From an uncultured Erysipelotrichaceae bacterium (GTDB lineage Bacteria; Bacillota_I; Bacilli_A; RF39; UBA660): a DNA stretch of 64,000 nucleotides. The translations under genes and the position numbers were made by a program. Position 1 is the stretch's first letter. Each line of letters begins with the position of its first letter. The stretch spans positions 2,980-66,979 of the forward strand of contig CACWUS010000003.1 of NCBI GenBank assembly GCA_902764145.1, in the 5' to 3' direction. This document shows positions 57,604-64,000 of the stretch, in pieces. The notes under the pieces were generated by a model that was given only the letters and a program-made list of their open reading frames with translations, was not told the DNA's origin and made no database searches.

Positions 57604-57633
57604 TAAAAAAGTAAAGTTTATAACTTTACTTTT
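57604..57633 (-). terminator. rho-independent terminator after the pentapeptide/DUF1810 operon
   Basis: 12-bp stem AAAAGTAAAGTT (57607..57618) / AACTTTACTTTT (57622..57633) with a 3-nt loop and a minus-strand T run. Confidence 0.7.
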
Positions 57634-58042
57634 CTTTAAGCATTTTTAATGTTATTTCATCATAATTACCATCATAATATTTATCAATAATTTTAGAAAA
57701 AACTTTATAATCACTTACGTAATCAAATAATGTCATACATGATTTTAATTTTAAATCATCAGGATAACCCATAATAGAACTAATACTTTTATTTTCATGT
57801 TTTAATAATTCATTACTTATTTCAAGCAAATGATTTCTTAAATACTCATTTTCAATATATTCCCTAGCTTCGCTTTCCCCATTAATTCCATAATATCTAG
57901 CAGTAGAACTATATCCAAGACCATCAAGCTGTGGAAAAATATACCAAATCCAATGAGTTGTTTTTCTACCGTTTTTAATTTCATTTAATGCTTTAATATA
58001 ATCTCTTTCTTGTGCTTCAATAAATCTATCTAAATTATTCAT
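57626..58042 (-). CDS. DUF1810 domain-containing protein
   Basis: 138 aa. LDRFIEAQERDYIKALNEIKNGRKTTHWIWYIFPQLDGLGYSSTARYYGI is the hallmark DUF1810 N-terminus. It overlaps the upstream gene (ATGAATAA). Confidence 0.85.
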   Translation of the reverse strand: MNNLDRFIEAQERDYIKALNEIKNGRKTTHWIWYIFPQLDGLGYSSTARYYGINGESEAREYIENEYLRNHLLEISNELLKHENKSISSIMGYPDDLKLKSCMTLFDYVSDYKVFSKIIDKYYDGNYDEITLKMLKEK

Positions 58043-58655
58043 CTTTTATCTTAACTCCTAACATATTTACTAGATATACAGATTGAAATCTATCAATTAT
58101 CATTCCTTTTAATGAATTTCTATCAATCATTATATTTCTAATATTACAAGCAGAAAAATCAATATTATTTAAGTCTACATTAAAAAGTTCACACTCTTCA
58201 AAATTAACTTTATTTAATTCTATGTTTTTAAATCCCGTTTCAACAAAAGAAGAATTTAACAAATCACTATTATCTATAATCATTTTATTAATTTTAGAAC
58301 CTGAATAGTTAGAATACTTGCATACACATGAATTAATATATACATCTCTTATACTAGATTCCATAAAACTAATTCCTGTCATTCTACAATTATTAAATTC
58401 TACTCTTTCAATCAACTTATAGTCAAATACTTTGTTTGATAAATCACAATTTTCAAACACAACATCTATTAAATCAACATCAACAAATTCAATATTACTA
58501 AAATCTATATTTTTAAATATACATGTATCTATTGTAATATTTTTTAATACTTTTTTATTACTATTACATTCTTCAAATATAGAATTTTCAAATACAGAAC
58601 ACTCATTAAAATCATTTAAAATACAATTTTTAATTTTAGGTTTCACTATTTTCAT
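58035..58655 (-). CDS. pentapeptide-repeat protein
   Basis: 206 aa with many A(D/N)LxX-like quintets (FENCDLSNKVF, FNNCRMTGISF, NFEECELFNVDLNNIDFSACNI). Confidence 0.8.
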   Translation of the reverse strand: MKIVKPKIKNCILNDFNECSVFENSIFEECNSNKKVLKNITIDTCIFKNIDFSNIEFVDVDLIDVVFENCDLSNKVFDYKLIERVEFNNCRMTGISFMESSIRDVYINSCVCKYSNYSGSKINKMIIDNSDLLNSSFVETGFKNIELNKVNFEECELFNVDLNNIDFSACNIRNIMIDRNSLKGMIIDRFQSVYLVNMLGVKIKDE

Positions 58656-58661
58656 AAATAA

Positions 58662-58670
58662 AGTATATCA
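58662..58670 (-). promoter_or_regulatory. extended -10 element (TGATATACT) only 6 nt upstream of the pentapeptide gene ATG (leaderless candidate)
   Basis: The minus strand reads TGATATACT (58670..58662), then TTATTT, then the ATG (58655). A TGGACT -35-like hexamer lies 18 nt upstream inside the preceding terminator. No SD. Confidence 0.4.
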
Positions 58671-58671
58671 T

Positions 58672-58703
58672 AATTAAAAATAAAAAGTCCATTTTAGGAC
58701 TTT
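58672..58703 (-). terminator. rho-independent terminator after the HExxH ORF and its in-frame extension
   Basis: Stem AAAGTCC (58684..58690) / GGACTTT (58697..58703) with a 6-nt loop, followed by minus-strand TTATTTTTAATT. Confidence 0.65.
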
Positions 58704-58816
58704 AAAAACTTTGATAATTTAAGTTTAATTTCTTCTTGTCTTGCAAGTCTATCACTTTCTTTTTCAACTTTTTCATAATCATTATTATAACCATCAAGTA
58801 ATCTTTGTCTTACCCT

Positions 58817-59233
58817 TTATGCATATTTATATTTTTCTTCTGAATTTTCAACTATACAACTATCTAAAAATTCACCATACTGTTTTAATTCTTCACTACC
58901 ATTTTCTAAAATAAATATTTTTTCATATAGCATTGGTAATGTTTCTATACCTATTCTAGTAAATTTTTTATTTAATCTTCTATAGGCATAAATACCATGA
59001 GTTATTTCATGTATATTAATAAGCATTGTTTTATAATCTTTCATATATGGTATTCCCATACTAAACTTTCTCAAAATTCCATTTTCTACACAATAATTAA
59101 ATCCAATAAAATACTTTTGCTCTGGATCATCATAATCTATCATAACACTATGATCTTGTAAATATTCAAACATACTCTCTTCATACATATTATGACGCTT
59201 AAAAAAATCTATTACTTTTGGATTATATCTCAT
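58817..59233 (-). CDS. small HExxH-motif protein (138 aa), possibly truncated by an in-frame TAA
   Basis: NIHEITHGIYAY contains HExxH. It has its own promoter (59261..59289) and SD (GGGGAAG). The frame stays open for 40 further codons after the TAA, up to the terminator. Confidence 0.55.
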   Translation of the reverse strand: MRYNPKVIDFFKRHNMYEESMFEYLQDHSVMIDYDDPEQKYFIGFNYCVENGILRKFSMGIPYMKDYKTMLINIHEITHGIYAYRRLNKKFTRIGIETLPMLYEKIFILENGSEELKQYGEFLDSCIVENSEEKYKYA

Positions 59234-59260
59234 AATAACTTCCCCTTTTTAATGAATCAT

Positions 59261-59289
59261 ATTATATCACATTATTATCTTTTTTTCAA
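59261..59289 (-). promoter_or_regulatory. sigma-A type promoter of the HExxH ORF
   Basis: On the minus strand, TTGAAA (59289..59284), a 17-nt spacer and TGA-TATAAT (-10 at 59266..59261). Confidence 0.6.
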
Positions 59290-59315
59290 TTAAAAAGACA
59301 TATTATTAATATGTC
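59290..59315 (-). terminator. rho-independent terminator of the 52-aa mini-gene
   Basis: Palindrome GACATATTA (59297..59305) / TAATATGTC (59307..59315), followed on the minus strand by TTTTTAATTG. Confidence 0.7.
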
Positions 59316-59317
59316 CT

Positions 59318-59476
59318 TTATTTCCAACTTCTTTTATCATAAAGTCTTCTAAACTCTCTAACTTCACTTTCAAGACTAGATAATCTATTCAATTGTTTAG
59401 ATAAATCACTCACTTCTTGTCTTAATTTTTTCATTTCTTCAATTAATTCACGTAAATATCTAGCATAATCATCCAT
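59318..59476 (-). CDS. unannotated 52-aa coiled-coil small protein
   Basis: Own translation: MDDYARYLRELIEEMKKLRQEVSDLSKQLNRLSSLESEVREFRRLYDKRSWK. SD GAGGTG lies 7 nt upstream of the ATG. It has its own promoter (59505..59533) and terminator (59290..59315). It is below the size cut-off of the ORF track. Confidence 0.65.
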   Translation of the reverse strand: MDDYARYLRELIEEMKKLRQEVSDLSKQLNRLSSLESEVREFRRLYDKRSWK

Positions 59477-59504
59477 AATTATTCACCTCAAATAATTGAG
59501 TATT

Positions 59505-59533
59505 ATTCTAGCATATTTAAATTTTAAAAACAA
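59505..59533 (-). promoter_or_regulatory. sigma-A type promoter of the 52-aa mini-gene
   Basis: On the minus strand, TTGTTT (59533..59528), a 17-nt spacer and TGC-TAGAAT (-10 at 59510..59505). Confidence 0.55.
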
Positions 59534-59536
59534 GAA

Positions 59537-60751
59537 TTATATTTTTATATTAATATTATAAACTTCACTATCTGTTAATAGTTTAATATACTTATTAATT
59601 AAATCAATTATTTTATATAAAGATTTTAAATCCTTATTTGTAAATTGATTAAAACTCTTAGCAAGACTACTATCAAAATCACTAATTTTTTCATTTAATA
59701 ATGTCCCTAAAGATAAATCAAGTTTTATATAATCACTATTATTTATATAGTAACTTACATACCCTTCTAAATTTAATTCATCTTTAGAAGTATCCACATT
59801 TAAATCAATTTTAATTTCTTTAGAATTTCTATACATGTTAATTTTAATCTTTTTATCATCAAAAGAAGAATTTAATATTATAGAACCATTTAATTTAATA
59901 ACAAGTTCACTCATATCATCAATTAATAAATTAATATCATGTTTTTTAGTATTAATAAAAATACTATCTAATTTTAATAAAACATTATAATTTAAATCTA
60001 TATTTAAAAATTCAAAATTATCTATAAAATTATTTATAATTCTTTTCTTGTAGTCATCTAACATTTCATTATCAATAGAAAATACATCATTAAGAATTCT
60101 CATAGATTCTTGATCACTCTTTAAATCATTAACCACTTTATTTAATAAGTTTTCAAATTCCTTATTATCTATCTTGTATGTTGATTTAATATGACTATCC
60201 TTTATACTATTTTTTAATTTATTTTCAGAAATATTATTAACAAAACTATTTTTAATTATAGATAATAAATATTCCATATCTTTTTTATTATAAGAAATAT
60301 TCTTACTATTAGACTTAAGCCCATATTTTTCTAAATCTATTTTAATTATATCAGACATAATATATGGAAAATTAACATATAAATAATCAGCATCCTTATA
60401 GAAAGTACTTTCAATATTTTCTTCCATATTTCCAAATTTAATATTAATTAAAGTCTTGTCATTTACTCTGTCGTTTTCAACATCATATTCTATCTCATAA
60501 TCAATTAAACTATTATATTTTTCCAAATTAGTTGATAATTTTAAATTACCTTTATTAATAGAAGTTTTAAATTCATCTGTACTAAATCTTGAAACTACTA
60601 ATGATGCTTTATCAAATATAGTATTAAAAAATCTATTAAAACTATTTTTAGGACTTAAAATAACATAATAAATCAAACAAAAGAATATTAATAAAAATAC
60701 TAATATCGAAGATAAAACTATTAATAATCTCTTATATATTTTTTTATTCAT
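59537..60751 (-). CDS. membrane-anchored extracytoplasmic protein (404 aa), unknown family
   Basis: It has an N-terminal TM (LLIVLSSILVFLLIFFCLIYYVIL) and an Asn/Lys/Asp-rich beta-type remainder. It starts 2 nt after the upstream gene. Confidence 0.6.
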   Translation of the reverse strand: MNKKIYKRLLIVLSSILVFLLIFFCLIYYVILSPKNSFNRFFNTIFDKASLVVSRFSTDEFKTSINKGNLKLSTNLEKYNSLIDYEIEYDVENDRVNDKTLINIKFGNMEENIESTFYKDADYLYVNFPYIMSDIIKIDLEKYGLKSNSKNISYNKKDMEYLLSIIKNSFVNNISENKLKNSIKDSHIKSTYKIDNKEFENLLNKVVNDLKSDQESMRILNDVFSIDNEMLDDYKKRIINNFIDNFEFLNIDLNYNVLLKLDSIFINTKKHDINLLIDDMSELVIKLNGSIILNSSFDDKKIKINMYRNSKEIKIDLNVDTSKDELNLEGYVSYYINNSDYIKLDLSLGTLLNEKISDFDSSLAKSFNQFTNKDLKSLYKIIDLINKYIKLLTDSEVYNINIKI

Positions 60752-60753
60752 AT

Positions 60754-62106
60754 TTAATCCTTTAATTCTTCTTTTACATCATTTACCATATCAAACAATT
60801 CCCATACTTTTAAATTTTCTAATTCTTTAATATTATTTTCATTTATTAAGTTTGGTCTAGTAACAATAAATCCAGTTGGGATTTTTCTTGTTTCGTGTAC
60901 AAATGGATCATTTATTGGGTCATTAATCATTTTACCATTTTCTACAAGTACACTTGATGTACCACCATCTAATGCTGCTGCATTAATAGCTCCATAATTA
61001 GTAAATATCGTTGTTAAGTCTTTCATAGAGGCACCTATTGTTCTTGCATCATTACATTCAACAACTAATAATAAAATCGTACCATCTGGTCTTTGACCAA
61101 TAGCTGTTCTAGCCGCAAAACCATATCCACCATTTCCACTAGTATACATAGCTTTTCCATTAACTATTAAAAACGGTTTGCTTGTAACAGCATCTCTTAC
61201 ACCAAGATTAAGTATTTCTTTTGCTTTTTTATTTTTATATAAAACTAATTGATTATCATTATTAATTCCAATAACACCAAATGGGCTCTTATAATCTCTA
61301 TCAGAAATGATTTTTCCTTTCATAATAGTTACTCCATTTGGTATACCACCATTACTCCAATGATTAGGGTCATAGAATCTTCCACCATTAACAGCTATTA
61401 GAGCTTTAGTTCTCTTAGCCATACTAACTAACATTTCTCCCCTATGCATTATGTTTTTAGAACAAACAACACTTACATTCTTAGGATCATATATAGCTAT
61501 TATCCAAGCTCTTTGTCCTCTTACTTTAAATTCTATTTTACGATATATTTCATCAGTAGTATGATTTTCAAATAATTTCTTTTCATATTCTGTCCACTCT
61601 GTCTCTTCCTTAATAAATTCTTCAGCTATTGATATTGTATCAGTCTCTTCTAACGTATCCTCTATATAATTAGAACTTAATACTTTATTTATTTCATCTT
61701 CACTATAAAATATCTCACAAAGATAATGATGTGTCATAGTTCCCATAGCTGTAGTTATTAGCCATTCTCTAAAGCCATTATACGGACCATATAAAATAAC
61801 TAAAAAAGCAATACAACATATACAATACAAAATAGTCAAAACATTCATTATATATCTTTTAGCCTTTAATTTAACATTTTTGATATTAATATACTTAATA
61901 ACAAATATAACAAATACTATTAAGCATAATACACAAAGTACTAAACATATATATTTTATAAAAGATTTAACTAAATAATCACTATTTAAACCAATATAAA
62001 AAAGTACAAAAAAAGAGAACAATAATATTATTGCTAATCTACTTATTCTTAGAGAAAACATTTTCTTTTTATAATTCAAATTTTTACTATCATTCACTTC
62101 TATCAT
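60754..62106 (-). CDS. phosphodiester glycosidase (DUF2233/NAGPA-like) family protein with polytopic N-terminus
   Basis: 450 aa with about 4 N-terminal TMs. The C-terminal domain has AVNGGRFYD..., GIPNGVTIMKGK, IGQRPDGTILLLVVE and AAALDGGTSS blocks. Confidence 0.7.
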   Translation of the reverse strand: MIEVNDSKNLNYKKKMFSLRISRLAIILLFSFFVLFYIGLNSDYLVKSFIKYICLVLCVLCLIVFVIFVIKYINIKNVKLKAKRYIMNVLTILYCICCIAFLVILYGPYNGFREWLITTAMGTMTHHYLCEIFYSEDEINKVLSSNYIEDTLEETDTISIAEEFIKEETEWTEYEKKLFENHTTDEIYRKIEFKVRGQRAWIIAIYDPKNVSVVCSKNIMHRGEMLVSMAKRTKALIAVNGGRFYDPNHWSNGGIPNGVTIMKGKIISDRDYKSPFGVIGINNDNQLVLYKNKKAKEILNLGVRDAVTSKPFLIVNGKAMYTSGNGGYGFAARTAIGQRPDGTILLLVVECNDARTIGASMKDLTTIFTNYGAINAAALDGGTSSVLVENGKMINDPINDPFVHETRKIPTGFIVTRPNLINENNIKELENLKVWELFDMVNDVKEELKD

Positions 62107-62168
62107 ACACTACTATGTAATTTTATCATAGTTAATTATCTTATTCAATAAATTATTTAAAAAACATT

Positions 62169-63281
62169 TTAATCACTAATATCTACATCTAAATTAATAG
62201 CAACTTTATAATTCTTATATTTATTTTGAACTTCTTCATATATTTTTCTATAAACTTCTTCTCTATCTTTTACTTTAAAATCAATAATGATATCAAAACT
62301 AATCATTTTATCTTTTTCATCAAAGTAAAATCCATGCATCTGTAATATACCTTTATGAGAAAATACTATTTTAGTAATTTCTTTTCTTGATTCAACAACC
62401 TTTTTGTCTTTAGTATTTACTGAGTATATACCGATAGTATGTAACATTACTCCATATTTATCAGAAATTATTTTAGTAATATTTCTTGATATTTTATCTA
62501 CTTCATCAACTTTCATAGTATCAGGGACTTCTATATGAACAGAACCTAAATATTTATCTGGTCCATAATCATTTAAAATTAAATCATATACTCCTTGAAT
62601 TTTCTCTTCTTTTAAAATATCTTTTTTAATTGATTTTGAAAGACTACTTTCAACTCTTGTACCTAGCATATTATCAACAGATTCTTTAATAAGTTCTAAA
62701 CCTGCTTTAATAATAAATAATGATAGTAGTACACCAACATATGATTCTAAACTTATACTAAATATCATATATACTATAGCAGAAAGTAAAACTGATATAG
62801 AAAGGATAGCATCATTAAAAGCATCTGAACCACTTGCTACTAATGAATCTGAATTAACATCCTTACCTTTTTTCTTTACATAAATTCCTAAAATAAATTT
62901 TACTAATATACCTGCTACTAAAACTATCAATGTGACAGTACTATAATCAGAAACTTCAGGATGAATTACTTTTTTAACAGATTCAATAAAAGCAGTAATA
63001 CCTGCATATAAAACAATAGCTGATACAACTAAAGAAGTCATATATTCAATTCTTCCATATCCATATGGATGCTTTTTATCTGGAGCCCTACCCGCTAATT
63101 TAGTTCCTACTATTGTGATAATGCTTGATAGTGCATCACTTAAATTATTAACAGCATCAGAAATAATAGCTATTGAATTAGCTAGTAAACCTACAAATGC
63201 TTTAAATGAAGCAAGTACAACATTTGAAACTATACTTATTATACTTGTCTTAATAACTACTTTTTCTCTATTATCTTTCAT
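62169..63281 (-). CDS. cation diffusion facilitator (CDF) family metal efflux transporter
   Basis: 370 aa with SDAVNNLSD (TM2) and SDAFNDAILS (TM5) metal-site motifs, HPYGYGRIE, and a C-terminal cytoplasmic domain. Confidence 0.88.
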   Translation of the reverse strand: MKDNREKVVIKTSIISIVSNVVLASFKAFVGLLANSIAIISDAVNNLSDALSSIITIVGTKLAGRAPDKKHPYGYGRIEYMTSLVVSAIVLYAGITAFIESVKKVIHPEVSDYSTVTLIVLVAGILVKFILGIYVKKKGKDVNSDSLVASGSDAFNDAILSISVLLSAIVYMIFSISLESYVGVLLSLFIIKAGLELIKESVDNMLGTRVESSLSKSIKKDILKEEKIQGVYDLILNDYGPDKYLGSVHIEVPDTMKVDEVDKISRNITKIISDKYGVMLHTIGIYSVNTKDKKVVESRKEITKIVFSHKGILQMHGFYFDEKDKMISFDIIIDFKVKDREEVYRKIYEEVQNKYKNYKVAINLDVDISD

Positions 63282-63304
63282 TTTATCACTTTCTTTCCTA
63301 AAAC

Positions 63305-63313
63305 ATTATAGCA
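63305..63313 (-). promoter_or_regulatory. extended -10 promoter element (TGCTATAAT) of the CDF transporter gene
   Basis: The minus strand reads TGCTATAAT (63313..63305), between the upstream terminator and the ATG at 63281. Confidence 0.5.
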
Positions 63314-63326
63314 TAAATTTTTACAT

Positions 63327-63351
63327 ATAAAAACTCTGAAAAAATCAGAGT
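63327..63351 (-). terminator. rho-independent terminator after 63354..63863
   Basis: Stem ACTCTGA (63333..63339) / TCAGAGT (63345..63351) with a 5-nt loop, followed by minus-strand TTTTTATATG. Confidence 0.65.
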
Positions 63352-63353
63352 AA

Positions 63354-63863
63354 TTAATTATAAAATATTTGTTCTGTTTTAGCTATTGAAAATGCTACTA
63401 AAAATACCAAATCAAGATCTTTTTCTTTACAAATTACATCATAATAAAGATTAGTTGTAACAAATGATTTACCTTTTGGTGATGTAGTAGCAATAGTTGC
63501 AATTTCTTTTCCTTCAAACGTAACAACATAAGTCATTCCCAATTTATTAGTAGATACTGTAGAATTAATTCTTATTCCTTTATCATGCAAATAATCCCAA
63601 ATCTTTACACCATCATATTTGAAATATGATCTTGTAGATAAAAAGTCTAACACTCCACCACTTTTTTCTATTGTTACAGTTTTACCAACTTTATGTTCTT
63701 CTTCTAAACCAGTGATATAATTTTTAAATTTAAAAGGTGAAGCACCAAATAATTTAAACTTAATCATTCTTCCTTCATATATGGTATTATTAGCTTCATC
63801 TTCTAAAAAGAAAGCTTGCTTAATAGTACCTAATGCAGGTTTTAATAAATACTTATTATCCAT
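63354..63863 (-). CDS. hypothetical cytoplasmic beta-rich protein (169 aa)
   Basis: ORF track. No TM and no recognised motif. Its ATG overlaps the stop of the upstream partial ORF (AATGGATAA). Confidence 0.5.
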   Translation of the reverse strand: MDNKYLLKPALGTIKQAFFLEDEANNTIYEGRMIKFKLFGASPFKFKNYITGLEEEHKVGKTVTIEKSGGVLDFLSTRSYFKYDGVKIWDYLHDKGIRINSTVSTNKLGMTYVVTFEGKEIATIATTSPKGKSFVTTNLYYDVICKEKDLDLVFLVAFSIAKTEQIFYN

Positions 63864-64000
63864 TAGCCCACTTACTCTCCTGTTCTTTCATTTTATTAAT
63901 CCTTTTAATTGCATTTCTGGCACTAATTATTCCACCAATCAAAGATACTAGTCCTAAAGCTGTAATTATAATTGGAATAATAAGACTTTTTGATTGAGTA
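63856..64000 (-). CDS. C-terminal fragment of a membrane protein (continues past window end)
   Basis: Own minus-strand translation: ...TSQKSLIIPIIITALGLVSLIGGIISARNAIKRINKMKEQESKWANG-stop. It contains one TM helix, and the frame is open to the window edge. Confidence 0.4.
   Translation of the reverse strand, partial: TQSKSLIIPIIITALGLVSLIGGIISARNAIKRINKMKEQESKWANG

Noticed and set aside
57541-57625. THF riboswitch upstream of fhs, and purine or other riboswitches upstream of deoD, apt or glyA.
   Set aside because: The intergenic spaces are 85 nt or less (most under 15 nt) and are occupied by a terminator and promoter. No conserved riboswitch core was seen.
58694-58819. Programmed stop-codon readthrough or recoding at the in-frame TAA of the HExxH ORF.
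   Set aside because: No known bacterial TAA recoding signal is visible, and nothing else in the window suggests reassignment. A nonsense mutation or sequencing error is more parsimonious. It is kept as a finding only for the open frame itself.
1-64000. Possibility of an alternative genetic code (Mollicutes-type code 4, TGA read as Trp), given the extreme AT richness.
   Set aside because: Long conserved proteins are intact under code 11. Trp is encoded by TGG in conserved positions such as IWDEW in ThyA. TGA terminates at least one well-delimited gene (the CYTH gene ends ...AAG TTT TGA).
1-64000. CRISPR arrays, tRNA or rRNA genes, IS elements, integrases and prophage remnants.
   Set aside because: No repeat-spacer periodicity, no GC-rich structured RNA islands other than the glmS ribozyme, and no transposase, recombinase or phage-like ORFs were seen in any frame.

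Overview
Very AT-rich (by eye about three quarters A+T, not computed), gene-dense chromosomal segment of a low-GC Firmicute. Lineage markers are EzrA, RNase HIII, ComN-SecDF synteny, NfnAB and a YjcZ-like peptide. The standard code 11 applies, since TGA is used as a stop and long ORFs are intact. I call 65 CDS, two of them truncated at the window edges, and 61 lie on the minus strand. Most are housekeeping: cdd, glmS, rplS, lepB, an FtsW/RodA homolog, tmk-thyA-folA, rnhC, mutS, dtd, rel, secDF, ftsK, ezrA, glyA, ldh, apt, mtnN, fhs, deoD, an M16 peptidase pair, nfnAB and several transporters. One structured cis-regulatory RNA is clear, a glmS ribozyme in the glmS leader. I saw no rRNA, tRNA, CRISPR array, transposase, integrase or phage genes, and no obvious horizontally acquired island. 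I did not find an unambiguous new multi-gene system. The best candidates for a second look are: (1) a self-contained three-gene operon at 48.2-50.4 kb encoding a zinc phospholipase C-like protein, a CYTH protein and a protein with a minimal ADP-ribosyltransferase/Tpt1-like N-terminal domain; (2) a Rel (p)ppGpp synthetase whose hydrolase residues are substituted (D78E, E81S, D82L in Rel-Seq numbering); (3) an orphan monocistronic 533-aa prepilin-like protein with a Listeria-Bacteroides repeat; (4) a signal-peptide-less LRR protein fused to an anthrax-lethal-factor/PPEP-like HExxH domain and co-transcribed with rnhC; (5) a small cluster at the window start (C39-like mini-peptidase, 2-TM protein, acidic protein, ADP-ribosylglycohydrolase); (6) three tiny independent transcription units at 58.0-59.5 kb, including an unannotated 52-aa gene, an HExxH ORF split by an in-frame TAA and a probably leaderless operon. 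All family assignments come from motif reading by eye, not from searches.
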